Below, piece by piece: positions 27,134-38,720 of a DNA stretch of 64,000 bases. This DNA comes from Gammaproteobacteria bacterium (GTDB lineage: Bacteria; Pseudomonadota; Gammaproteobacteria; CBDBNL01; JAAOII01), in assembly GCA_965209035.1 (NCBI GenBank), contig OZ242372.1:1440001-1504000 (forward strand). Reading direction: 5' to 3'. The notes below the pieces were generated by a model. The model saw only the letters and a list, made by a program, of their open reading frames with translations, did no database searches and was not told the DNA's origin. Numbering within the stretch: position 1 is the first letter of the stretch; each line of letters begins with the position of its first letter. The position numbers and the translations under genes were made by a program.

Positions 27134-28093
27134 GAGAACGCCTCTTAGTTAGAAGGAAGAACGATAAAGAACAACTAACGCCGAGTAATTGGAGGTAATT
27201 GGCATCACCGGCACCATAAAGGTAAAAACTTCCAGTCGTCCAATCTTCCCGGCAAGATCGCAAACGACAAAAGAATCTTAACCGGGTTACTCATTCCATC
27301 CCGGCGTAGTTGTGCGCCGCCTCGCCCTCGCCTTAGGAGAAGGCCGCTTAGTTAGAAGGAAGAACGATAAAGAACAACTAACGCCGGGTAATTGGAGGTA
27401 ATTGGCATCACCGGCACCATAAAGGTAAAGACTTTCGGTCGTCCAATCTTCCCGGCAAGATCGCAAACGACAAAAGAATCTTAACCGGGTTACTCATCCC
27501 GGCATAGTTGTGCGCCGCCTCGCCCTCGCCTTAGGAGAACGCCTCTTAGTTAGAAGGAAGAACGATAAAGAACAACTAACGCCGAGTAATTGGAGGTAAT
27601 TGGCATCACCGGCACCATAAAGGTAAAGACTTTCGGTCGTCCAATCTTCCCGGCAAGATCGCAAACGACAAAAGAATCTTAACCGGGTTACTCATTCCAT
27701 CCCGGCGTAGTTATGCACCGCATCGCCCTCGCCTTAGGAGAACGCCTCTTAGTTAGAAGGAAGAACGATAAAGAACAACTAACGCCGGGTAATAGGCATC
27801 AGCAGCACCATAAAGGTAAAAACTTCCAGCCTCCCCGGCAAGATCGCAAACGACAAAAGAATCTTAACCGGGTTCCTCATTCCATCCCGGCGTAGTTGTG
27901 CGCCGCCTCGCCCTCGCCTTAGGAGAACGCCTCTTAGTTAGAAGGAAGAACGATAAAGAACAACTAACGCCAGGTAATAGGCATCAACAGCACCATAAAG
28001 GTAAAGACCTCCAGCCTCCCCAACAACATCGCAAACGACAAAAGAATCTTAACCGGGTTACTCATCTCGGCATAGTTGTGCGCCGCCTCGCCC
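27125..28093. repeat. 5-unit tandem array (203, 198, 203, 185, 180 bp) of the trkH 3' end plus intergenic spacer
   Basis: Units start tcgccttaggagaa at 27125, 27328, 27526, 27729, 27914; the last unit is the intact trkH terminus. Confidence 0.95.
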
Positions 28094-29400
28094 AAGGCGG
28101 GCCCCAGGTTGTTGAGCATTGCGATGGTGACAGACCAGGCGGTGATATGGCTGCTGCCGCTAACCAGCAGCAACGACAGGACCACAAAGAAAACAAACAG
28201 GTAAACGGCGCAAAAACCCCAGACCGCATCCAGAACCCTGCCGGAAACACTGGTATTGGCAAGACGCACATTGAACATACCGTGAGGATGCACCACCCGC
28301 TTGCATTCGCGATAGCCTTGCTTGATGACCAAAAGAAACCGAATCGCCTTGATACCGCCGCCGGCGGAGCCGGCACAACAACCCACTATGGCAAAAGTGA
28401 ACAGAAAGAAAAGAAGCCCAAACGGAAAATTGTTGTAGTTTTGCAAGGTGAACCCTGTGGTGGTGACGATGGAGAGGCTTTGGAAGAGAACGGCGACGAG
28501 CGAGTCGTAGCCGGTGATGCGCGGCAGTGAAATTAGGACGCTAAAAGTGAGGAGGATAAAGATCCAGAGAGCAAAGAATTTCCATTCCGGGTCGGTGAAA
28601 TAGGGGCGCAGGCTCTTGCGCCGCCACACATAAAAGTGCAGGGAGAAATTCATCGCCGAAAGAAGCATAAAAAATATTGCCACCCATTGAATTTTGCTAT
28701 CGGTAAAATGCCCAAAGTTGTTATCATGCGGCGTAAAACCGCCGATGGACACCGTGGAAAAGCCGTAGTTGATCGCTTCAAAAACAGTCATTCCCGCCAA
28801 GCGATAGGCGAGGATGCAAAAAAGCGTCAAGATGATGTAGATCACCCAAAGGAACTTTGCCGTCTCCGTGATACGCGGTGTCAGTTTGGTATCTTTCACG
28901 GGACCGGGAATTTCGGTGCGGTAAAGTTGCATGCCGCCGACACCAAGCAAAGGCAAGATCGCAATTGCCAACAGGATAATCCCCATCCCGCCGATCCACT
29001 GTAAAAACTGGCGGTAAAAAAGAACGGACGGCGGCAAAACGGAAACCTTCTCATAAATGGTTGCGCCCGTGGTGGTGATACCGGACATGGCTTCAAACCA
29101 GGCATCGGTAAATGTGAGAGGGTGATCCAAAAACAAGAACGGCAGGGTCGCGCCGAGTGTTATGAACAGCCAAGAGGATATGGTAATGATAATGCTATCG
29201 CGCGGTTTGAGGTGGCGTGTTTCGCCGCCGGAGCATCCCCACAGTAATAATCCGACCAGGAGTATGACGAGCATTGCCTTAAAAAAAGCGAAATGGGCAC
29301 CGTCTTGAAAGTAAAAAGAAAACAACAGAGGCGCGGTCAGTGACAGACAAAACAAAGTTAAAAGAGTGCCGAGCACCCGGGCGACAAAACGCAGGGACAT
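27964..29400 (-). CDS. trkH: Trk system potassium uptake permease
   Basis: FEAMSGITTTGAT, QWIGGMGII, STVSIGGF, GSAGGGIK, NNLGPALG, MLLGRLEVFT. Confidence 0.96.
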   Translation of the reverse strand: MSLRFVARVLGTLLTLFCLSLTAPLLFSFYFQDGAHFAFFKAMLVILLVGLLLWGCSGGETRHLKPRDSIIITISSWLFITLGATLPFLFLDHPLTFTDAWFEAMSGITTTGATIYEKVSVLPPSVLFYRQFLQWIGGMGIILLAIAILPLLGVGGMQLYRTEIPGPVKDTKLTPRITETAKFLWVIYIILTLFCILAYRLAGMTVFEAINYGFSTVSIGGFTPHDNNFGHFTDSKIQWVAIFFMLLSAMNFSLHFYVWRRKSLRPYFTDPEWKFFALWIFILLTFSVLISLPRITGYDSLVAVLFQSLSIVTTTGFTLQNYNNFPFGLLFFLFTFAIVGCCAGSAGGGIKAIRFLLVIKQGYRECKRVVHPHGMFNVRLANTSVSGRVLDAVWGFCAVYLFVFFVVLSLLLVSGSSHITAWSVTIAMLNNLGPALGEAAHNYAEMSNPVKILLSFAMLLGRLEVFTFMVLLMPITWR

Positions 29401-29476
29401 TTATTGTTTGTGTAAGCGGGGGAGTGTTATTAAGTGATCAGTGATAAGCGCTAAGTCCTAAGTTCGAGGACGGAAT

Positions 29477-31132
29477 CTATACGGGCGGACGCAGAGAAAC
29501 GGGTTTCAAACCTTTTATGACAACTTCCGACTTGGTCACTCGGATATCCTCGGGGGACGGCGGATTCTCGTTGAAGTCATAGTAAACCTGCCATTGGCCG
29601 GCCTCGGCAAGACGGAAGTAATCGGCGGCGGCTTGCCGCGTCGCCCGTTGTTTTTTGGTGCCGCCGGCAAGTTTCTTTTTGCCGATGCGTTTGGCATACA
29701 GTCGCTTTGCCAGACGCGGCGAGTAAACCACGGCTGTGGCATTGTTTCCGCCAAATCCCTTGGCATTGATGAGCGCGGCTTCCGGGCATTCTTCCGCCAG
29801 CGGAAGATGTTGTAAAACAAACGCCAGACGGTCTTGGCTGACATCTTCGGCAAGTTGCTCCACTGTGACGATGCCCGGCAGAATGCCGTATCGCCAAACA
29901 CCCAACGCGACCGCCAGTTGATCGCCACCGGCGGCCGCTTGCGAATGACCGACAAAGGATTTGATGGCGACCACCTTCCAATCGGCAATGCCGAACGCGC
30001 CGGCTACGGCGGAAAAAATGCGCGATTCGGTCACCCTGTTTTGCGGTGTGGAAGTGCCGTGCGCGAGGATGTATGATTTCTTTTGCAGAATTTCGGCACC
30101 CTGTTCGGCCGCAAGAGCCGCCGCCGCTCTGCCGACCGTGATGTAATTGCCGGGACCGGGCGAAGAGATAGATCGCTTCACCCCATCCGCATGCACGAAG
30201 ACATCACCGACCATACCAAAAACTGTGGCGCCGGTTCGATGCACCGCTTCTTCGGATGCCAAAACAACGAACTGCGCCGATTCGCCCATCACAAATCCGT
30301 GGTTGTCGCCAAAAGGCATTGCCGCATGTGCCATCTTCCTGTCGCCCAGGGCGGAGTTGCCGATCATCGCGCCCATGTTGTAAAAGGCGGCGATGACCGA
30401 AGAAAGAATGGGGGCCTCGCTTGCCCCGACAAACGCCAAATCGGTCTCGCCCTGTTTGATGTCCGCGGCGGCCGCGGCCAGGTTATACAAAAAAGTGGCA
30501 CAGGCGCCGCAGTGGTTTCCGGTCCGTCCCACATTATTTAAGATATAAGCATTGACAAAGTCCGCGGCCATTTGCGGGTAACTAAAAGGCAAGTTTTTGG
30601 TAATTATTTTTTGCTTTCTCAGTTCCGCCGTCAGGACGCCGCCCATGCCCCGGTCATCCAACTGCCCGAGAGCACTGCCCGCATAAACCGAGATGCGTTC
30701 CGGCGCCACCGCTGCCCTTAGCGCTGCCGGTGTCAGTCCCGTAGAGTTGATGGCGTCGGCTGCGGCAAATACCGCCATTTGTAAGCCGCGCGGATGATGG
30801 CGAGAAGGATAATGGTCGCCCGGCTGAAAGCCGGCGGCCAAACCTGCGGCAAAACCTACCGGAAAGGGTTCGGGTTTGCCGTTCACCCGATAATAGGGGG
30901 CTGTGTTGGTATTAAAGTGCGTATCTTTGTGGATCGGCCGGATAAAACTGGCGGCGCGCACTTCCCGGCCATTGAGTTTCCCGCCGGTTAACGCGCTCAA
31001 AGAGGCAAGAAGTTTTTCTTGCTCGGCCGTGCCGAGGGCGGGGAATACCATATTGCGGTATCCTTGACAATTGGAAGAGATGCCCGCGGAATTCATACCG
31101 CCGTAACCGATAATGAGTGGAAGGTGTTTCAT
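29477..31132 (-). CDS. fabY: beta-ketoacyl synthase, FabY-type (KAS I/II fold)
   Basis: LPLIIGYGGMNSAG.SS, YPSRHHPRGLQ, GACATFLYN, AHGTSTPQNRVTES, GHSQAAAGGDQ, KGFGGNNA. Confidence 0.85.
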   Translation of the reverse strand: MKHLPLIIGYGGMNSAGISSNCQGYRNMVFPALGTAEQEKLLASLSALTGGKLNGREVRAASFIRPIHKDTHFNTNTAPYYRVNGKPEPFPVGFAAGLAAGFQPGDHYPSRHHPRGLQMAVFAAADAINSTGLTPAALRAAVAPERISVYAGSALGQLDDRGMGGVLTAELRKQKIITKNLPFSYPQMAADFVNAYILNNVGRTGNHCGACATFLYNLAAAAADIKQGETDLAFVGASEAPILSSVIAAFYNMGAMIGNSALGDRKMAHAAMPFGDNHGFVMGESAQFVVLASEEAVHRTGATVFGMVGDVFVHADGVKRSISSPGPGNYITVGRAAAALAAEQGAEILQKKSYILAHGTSTPQNRVTESRIFSAVAGAFGIADWKVVAIKSFVGHSQAAAGGDQLAVALGVWRYGILPGIVTVEQLAEDVSQDRLAFVLQHLPLAEECPEAALINAKGFGGNNATAVVYSPRLAKRLYAKRIGKKKLAGGTKKQRATRQAAADYFRLAEAGQWQVYYDFNENPPSPEDIRVTKSEVVIKGLKPVSLRPPV

Positions 31133-31298
31133 TGGATATTGTTTTATTTTACCAAACTACAAACACTTTAAACACTTTGTTCGTGGCGGCATCTGCGGCG
31201 ACATCTGTGACGACTCTGCGCCGGTGCTTTTTCTCTCCCCGCCGGCCTTTGTTTTATTCTGCTTTGACGGCCCGCTTTGTCCTTTCTCTTTTACTTGC

Positions 31299-33615
31299 TT
31301 ACCGGCCTTGTGCCGAGAGGCCGCCCGGCATGCAGTTCAGGGCGGGGTATTGGCTGCTTGTGCCAAGATCCCAGACGCTTAAGAATCCGGCCGGCCGGGC
31401 ATCCACTTCCATCACTTCGCCCGTGTCCGGATCACACCAGATGCCTCCCCAGTTGGCATAGATGCTCCCGGCAAACTCGGTCGGCGATTGTAAGTCTGTC
31501 GTGCTATGACCCTCGCCCAAATTACCGGCACTCGTAGTCCGGTTGGTGGTTTCAGTATCCCAATAGGAGGCATTGACGAGAACAAGATCGAAGATAGAAC
31601 CGATCAAACCGCCCGAAGTACCGGAACTTGCAACTTGCCCGGGGGCGGCATAAGAATAACGAAGATCTGTTTGCGATGCCCCTGTCCCGATCAGTCCGCC
31701 AACATTATCATCCCCGGAAATAACTCCGCCGGACACATAGGCATAGCGAATAGTCCCTCCCGTTACTTCTCCAATCAGTCCGCCAACATCCTGACTCCCG
31801 GAAACAACTCCGTCGGACACATAGGCATAGCGAATATTCGGAGGTATTGCTCCCCCGATCAGTCCGCCAACATTCTGACTCCCGGAAATAACTCCGCCGG
31901 ACACAGTAGCATAGTGAATTTCAGAACCTCGACCCCGCCCAACCATGCCGCCAACCATGCCGCCAACGAAATCATCCCCGGAAACAACTCCGCCGGATAT
32001 ATTGACATGGCGAATTTCAGTACTATGACCATCCCCAATCAGACCACCCGCGTCCTCGGCGTTCGGACTCATCACACTGCCACCCGTAACCGACAGGTTC
32101 TCATAACGGGCATTCCTGCCATAGCCTGCCAGTGTGCCCACATCACCGGCACCGCCACTGACATTCGCATTCAGGAGATGCAGATTTTGGATGCCGCCGG
32201 TTAAGGCGCCAAACAACCCCACTCCATTGACAGTGTTATTCGCAGAAATGAACAGATTGGCAAGAGTATAACCGCCGCCGTCAAAGATTCCCGTCCAAGA
32301 GGTGCAAACATCTCGGGCGGAACAAGAGCCGATCGGCTGCCAGCCGCTGCCGCTGCGATCTGTCCAGGCATCCATATTAACGTTGCCTGTGTTATAGGAA
32401 TCCGCATCGTTAAAATTCAACGAGCGAGTCAATTCATAACCCACACAGCCGCCGTCATCCGGGCCCGGACAGCCCTCAGTGCCCACAGAGGTGATCTCGT
32501 CAATATTGCCATCATCCGTCCCATCGCCGTTCAGATCATCGCGCAGTAGGGCTAATTGATCCAAATTGTGAATTTCTATAAGGCTATTATTATTGTCATC
32601 CACATCCTCCGCGTCGTCTATACCGTCATCATCATCATCTTCGTCACAGACATCACCGCCGTCCTTCGCACCGTCCGTGTTGGCTTGGTCCGCATTGTGA
32701 TCCAACGGGCAGTTGTCCGCCGCCGTGGTTGCGTTTTCTACATCCGGAAAACCATCATCGTCATCGTCCGTATCTTCCGTCAAGGTCGATGTCGTGCAAC
32801 CCGGAACAATACTATCCGGCTTGCTGTCATTATCCGTGTCGGTACTCGCACATACATCTTTCGGAAACGCATCCGTTTCATCCGGAACTTCATCATTGTC
32901 ATCATCAGGATCACAGGCGTCACCGCCATCATCGGCATTGTCCGTATTGGTTTGATCCGAATTGGCAACCGACGGACAATTATCTTCCGTGTTCGGCTGA
33001 TCATCAAGATCCAGATCCGAGCCTATGCCTTGACCCGCTCCGGTTGTGCCGGACACAGAAGAGGACGTCACGGCATTGTTGTTGTTTTCATAAAGCACCG
33101 CGATCGTGATCCGGTAGGCGGTGTTATTGGTTAGATCCATAATGTTGTAGATGACTCGACTCTCAGGCTTCAGCAAATCAGCAACAGGGGTCCGCAGCCG
33201 CACATCGGCGGCACGCAGGATCATCATTTCCTTATCGCTCGCATCGGCGACATTGAACCAAGTAATATTGAACTCGGTGATATTTTCCTGATCCGGATTG
33301 GTCCAACCCACGAGAATATGATCCGCCCCGACCAGAGTCTGAATCTTGGAAACAGCGAGGAGATTAGAGGGGGGGGGGGGGGGGGGAGCTGTTGCCGCCA
33401 CCGCAACTTGCCAGGACCAAACCGAACAACCCCGTCAGCAGCAGACCGTAAAAACGAGTCGGTATGTGCATCCGTCGTGCCTTATTGGGTTCGGGAAAAG
33501 TCTTAAAAGCATTAAGAGTATTAAGGAAGCGTGCAGATACCGTGCCTCTTTGTTCGCGGCGCATTGCTATTGCCGGCCGCACAGGAAAAAAGTGTAACTT
33601 ATGCATTGTTTTCAT
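31299..33615 (-). pseudogene. FN3-like/TSP3/GLUG-repeat surface lipoprotein, frameshifted in a C18 tract just after the lipobox (possibly phase-variable, OFF as assembled)
   Basis: ORF 33364-33615 carries the signal peptide LLLTGLFGLVLASC and stops after the tract; ORF 31299-33401 carries the body (VGWTNP, DNCP, LIEIHNLDQL, VGGLIG repeats, WDLG..QYP.LNC). Confidence 0.85.
33369..33386 (+). repeat. G18 homopolymer (C18 on the coding strand)
   Basis: 18 consecutive G counted; 17 or 20 would restore the frame. Confidence 0.9.
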
Positions 33616-33761
33616 TGTTTTCTGTCGTTGTTAATATTAATTTTTTTGAGACATCGCTCAACCATTATTATAACCTCAATTTCCAAAATGATGCAATGCA
33701 ATCAATGCAATGAGTTCAATTTAACTAAGCTAAGTAAGCAAGGGAAGTTTCCGAAGTTAAT

Positions 33762-34526
33762 ATGCATTGTCATATAATGGCAACTATGAGAGAATTTGTG
33801 TCGGCAGAAGACAATAGCCGGATTGCCGGGGAATCCGCGAGCAAGGCCGCGGACAATGCGGGGCAAAAAGAAACGCTTAAGCATCAAAAAGCAGAAGCGG
33901 AAGCGGAAGCGGACAAGGTCGGCAAGCATAAGGACGCCGCATCGGATGGCAAAGAAAAAAAGCAAGGGGACGGAAAACCAACCGGGGCTATTCGGGGAAA
34001 TAAAGATGAGGCGGAATTGTCGGTTGCTTTGCAAAAGGAAAATGAGGAACTCTTAAAGGAGATGCAAAAAATGCAACATACCATTGACCTGGTGACTGGC
34101 GAGAAAAAGAAACTGAACGAAGATGTTCTGCTGCTGGTTGCCGAGATGCAAACCCTGCAAAGGCGCGCCGCCGCCGATGTGCAAAAGTCCCGGCTGGACG
34201 GTATCGCCGAGTTGGCACTTTCTTTGACAGAGACTTTGGATAATCTGGAGCGTGCCTTGAGCACGATGGACGCGGCAGGTGTGCCGCCTGCGGTGCGCGA
34301 AGGGGTGCGGCTGACTTACGATTCTCTTTTGAAGGTCCTCGGCACTTTTGAGGTGCAACGCATAGAGCCGCAGGGTGAGATGTTTGATCCGCAATATCAC
34401 GAGGCGATCGGGCGTGTTAAGACAGAAGATGTTGCGACCAATCGGGTGGCGGAGGTGGTGCAGACAGGGTACCGAATGGGGAATAACAGACTGATTCGTC
34501 CGGCACGGGTGCGGGTTGCGGAATAA
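33762..34526 (+). CDS. grpE: nucleotide exchange factor GrpE (extended charged N-terminus)
   Basis: LDNLERAL, FDPQYHEAI, VQTGY...RLIRPARV.V; true start probably 33777 or 33786. Confidence 0.93.
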   Translation: MHCHIMATMREFVSAEDNSRIAGESASKAADNAGQKETLKHQKAEAEAEADKVGKHKDAASDGKEKKQGDGKPTGAIRGNKDEAELSVALQKENEELLKEMQKMQHTIDLVTGEKKKLNEDVLLLVAEMQTLQRRAAADVQKSRLDGIAELALSLTETLDNLERALSTMDAAGVPPAVREGVRLTYDSLLKVLGTFEVQRIEPQGEMFDPQYHEAIGRVKTEDVATNRVAEVVQTGYRMGNNRLIRPARVRVAE

Positions 34527-34600
34527 GGGCGGAATAGATCACCGAATAACTTCCCGAATAAAAAAATAAGAGACCGTCTTTCGTTACAATAATCACAACG

Positions 34601-37189
34601 ATGAATACCAAACCGCAAAAAGAAACTGAAAAAGAAACTAAAACTGAGATTTTACTGAGTGAAACGGGCAACCGGCATCTGAAAGGCTTGCCCTTGAAGA
34701 TTTTTCTCGGCGGCTGTATTCTTTGGTCGTTGTTTCAACTTTGGTATGCTTCGCCCTTGCCGTTTGTGTTTAATATTGGCAAGTTCAACGATACGGAGGC
34801 ACGTGCCATCCATTTGGCATTTGCCATCTTTTTGGCATACACGGGGTTTGCTTTTGTGAGTTCTTGGCGTGACAAGAAAGTGCCTATCTTGGATTGGGTG
34901 TTGGGTATTGCCGGTGCCTGCTGTGCGCTATATATAGTGGTGTTTTATGCCGAATTGTCCGAGAGAGCGGGTGCGCCCACTCTCGCCGACAAGGTGACCG
35001 CTCTGATTGGGTTGTTGGTGATGTTGGAAGCGGCAAGAAGGTCCTTGGGGCCGGTTCTTGTGATCATTGCCGTTGTGTTTCTAACCTATGCGATTGCCGG
35101 CCCTTATATGCCGGCGATCATAGCGCACAAAGGAGCGAGTCTGAACAAACTTCTGTCGCATCAGTGGCTGACAACCGAAGGGGTGTTTGGTGTTGCTCTC
35201 GGAGTTTCCACCGGTTTCGTTTTTATGTTTGTTTTGTTTGGAACCCTGATGGAGCGTGCCGGTGCGGGCAATTACTTTATTAAGTTGGCATTTTCTTTGT
35301 TGGGACCCATGCGGGGAGGACCCGCCAAGGCGGCTGTGGTTGCTTCCGGCTTGAGCGGTATCATTTCCGGTTCCTCTATCGCCAATGTGGTGACCACCGG
35401 CAATTTTACGATTCCCGTGATGAAGAAACTGGGTTTTCCGCCGCACAAAGCGGGGGCGGTGGAGGTGGCGGCTTCCACCAACGGGCAGCTGACGCCGCCG
35501 ATTATGGGCGCGGCCGCTTTTTTGATGGTGGAGTATGTCGGCATCCCTTACATTGAAGTCATCCAACACGCCATCCTGCCGGCGTTGATTTCCTACATTG
35601 CTCTTGTTTACATCGTCCATCTGGAAGCGGTTAAGGCCGACCTGAAAGGGTTACCGCGGCGCGAGCCCTTGCGGGTTGTTCGTTTTTTGAGCGGACTTTG
35701 TTTGACCGTGGTTTCGTTTGGTGTTCTGAGTTTGATTGTTTACTATGGGATTGGCAGCCTAAAAATAATCATGCCAAACTCGGCAAGTTATGTTGTCGGC
35801 TTTGGATTGGTTGTCGCTTATGTGGGCTTGGTTTGGTATGCTTCCCGGTTTCCGCCGCTGGAAGACGACAAAACCGGCGCGGATGCTTTTCGCGAGGCAC
35901 CGCCGCCGGGCCCGACCTTTAAGGCGGGCATGTACTTTCTTTTACCGGTCGTTGTGTTAATCTGGTATCTGGCGGTGGAGAAATTTTCGCCGGGCTTGTC
36001 CGTTTTTTACGGTCTGTGTTTTATGTTGTTCATTTTGTTGACGCATCGGCCGCTGATGGCATGGATGCGCGGCGTTCGGGATCTTAAACCGTATATGCGG
36101 CACACTTGGGAGGATCTGGTGCAAGGGATGATCATGGGAGCGCGCAACATGATTGGCATAGGAGTTGCCACCGCCACGGCCGGGGTCATCGTAGGGACTG
36201 TAACTCTGACCGGCATAGGAGATGTTTTGATTGAGTTGGTGGAGTATATTTCTGGCGGAAGTTTGATTTTAATTCTCCTCCTGACCGCGTTTACTTGCCT
36301 GGTGTTGGGTATGGGCTTGCCGACAACCGCAAACTACATCGTCGTTTCGGCACTGATGGCGCCGGTGATCGTGGAACTGGGAGCGCAGAATGATCTGGTT
36401 GTTCCTTTGATTGCGGTGCATATGTTCGTGTTTTACTTTGGTATTCTTGCCGACGATACGCCGCCGGTCGGTCTTGCCGCTTTCGCCGCATCCGCCATTG
36501 CGCGCAGCAGTCCAATTCGCACCGGGGTTCAAGGATTTATTTATGATATTCGTACCGCAATATTGCCTTTTATGTTTTTGTTTAACACCGAACTTCTTCT
36601 GATTAATGTGGACGGTGTTTGGAATCTGTTGCTCATCGTTTGCTCGGCGACCCTGGCGATGCTGGTCTTTGCTGCCGCCACCCAGGGACACTGGTTGGCA
36701 AAAAGTAAATGGTGGGAAACGATTGCTCTTTTATTGGTTACCTTTACGCTGTTTCGTCCGGGTTATTGGATGGACATGATATCGCACCCTTACGAGTATC
36801 GTCCCGGCGGCGAGATTCGGCAACTGGTGGACGAATACCATGTAAAAAATGACCTGCGTATCAAGGTGCGCGGCAAAAGTTTGGCGGGGGACCCCATAGA
36901 AAAAACGGTGTTGCTCAACCTGCCCAATGCGGGAAGCGCCGAGGAGCGGTTGGAATCGGTCGGCTTGTCTCTCAACCTGGCGGGCGATTTGCCTGCCATC
37001 GGCTTGGTGGATTTTGGCACACCCGCCTCCAAAGCGGGTATAGACTATGGCTGGGAAATTGTCAATGTGCAACTGAAACGCGAACGCAGCCCGAATTCGC
37101 TTTTTTACATTCCGGCTTTGATTTTGTTGGGCTTGGTTGCTCTTAACCAGCGCAGGCGACAAAAGGGCAAGATAGTCACAGCGACATAA
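34601..37189 (+). CDS. TRAP transporter fused 4TM/12TM permease with C-terminal DUF3394-like domain
   Basis: GGPAKAAVVASG, SGSSIANVVTTG, GQLTPPIMGAAAF, LGMGLPTTANY, DDTPPVGLA. Confidence 0.92.
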   Translation: MNTKPQKETEKETKTEILLSETGNRHLKGLPLKIFLGGCILWSLFQLWYASPLPFVFNIGKFNDTEARAIHLAFAIFLAYTGFAFVSSWRDKKVPILDWVLGIAGACCALYIVVFYAELSERAGAPTLADKVTALIGLLVMLEAARRSLGPVLVIIAVVFLTYAIAGPYMPAIIAHKGASLNKLLSHQWLTTEGVFGVALGVSTGFVFMFVLFGTLMERAGAGNYFIKLAFSLLGPMRGGPAKAAVVASGLSGIISGSSIANVVTTGNFTIPVMKKLGFPPHKAGAVEVAASTNGQLTPPIMGAAAFLMVEYVGIPYIEVIQHAILPALISYIALVYIVHLEAVKADLKGLPRREPLRVVRFLSGLCLTVVSFGVLSLIVYYGIGSLKIIMPNSASYVVGFGLVVAYVGLVWYASRFPPLEDDKTGADAFREAPPPGPTFKAGMYFLLPVVVLIWYLAVEKFSPGLSVFYGLCFMLFILLTHRPLMAWMRGVRDLKPYMRHTWEDLVQGMIMGARNMIGIGVATATAGVIVGTVTLTGIGDVLIELVEYISGGSLILILLLTAFTCLVLGMGLPTTANYIVVSALMAPVIVELGAQNDLVVPLIAVHMFVFYFGILADDTPPVGLAAFAASAIARSSPIRTGVQGFIYDIRTAILPFMFLFNTELLLINVDGVWNLLLIVCSATLAMLVFAAATQGHWLAKSKWWETIALLLVTFTLFRPGYWMDMISHPYEYRPGGEIRQLVDEYHVKNDLRIKVRGKSLAGDPIEKTVLLNLPNAGSAEERLESVGLSLNLAGDLPAIGLVDFGTPASKAGIDYGWEIVNVQLKRERSPNSLFYIPALILLGLVALNQRRRQKGKIVTAT

Positions 37190-37349
37190 CCCGAGTTTTG
37201 GACAGCCGGCACCTCCCGGCGGTTGGAAAAAAGTTGAGGCTGTGTTACTGTGTTATAATAAAAGTATGGAGTTACTTTGTAAAAAGCTGTTATCCCAGTT
37301 GTTTATGTATCTTACATACTTTACTATCATTTATTAATCAAAAAAAACC

Positions 37350-37598
37350 ATGAATACGGAAATTCTGATGATGCTGCTCGGTTGGAGTGCGTTGGTGAAC
37401 TATGGTATCTTGTTGGTCTGGCTGCTGATGCTTGTTTTGGCACGGGATTGGGTTCGCGTGCTGCATTCAAAAATAATGGGCCTGGACATGTCCTCGGAAG
37501 AGTTTGGCAGGATGCACTATTTGTTGATGGCGCAGTTCAAGATAATGGTTATCATTTTTAACCTGGTGCCGTTTTTGGTACTTCTGGCAACTACTTAG
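37350..37598 (+). CDS. small membrane protein (DUF6868-like)
   Basis: W...NYGILL.W...LHS...HY..MAQFKI..IIFNLVP pattern. Confidence 0.65.
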   Translation: MNTEILMMLLGWSALVNYGILLVWLLMLVLARDWVRVLHSKIMGLDMSSEEFGRMHYLLMAQFKIMVIIFNLVPFLVLLATT

Positions 37599-37671
37599 TT
37601 AGTTCTTAGTTTACCGGTGAGCGAACGGGCGGTGATCGCATCGCTTGTATCGCATCGCTGATTAATATTAA

Positions 37672-38718
<1,047 letters not shown>

Positions 38719-38720
38719 CC

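Noticed and set aside
27125-28093. CRISPR array
   Set aside because: Units are ~200 bp, have no unique spacers, derive from the trkH end, and no cas genes are nearby
27713-28530. Plus-strand ORFs 27713-27895 and 27898-28530
   Set aside because: Antisense to trkH and by-products of the repeat array
27125-29400. Diversity-generating retroelement TR/VR pair
   Set aside because: No reverse transcriptase in the window; differences include indels and are not adenine-specific
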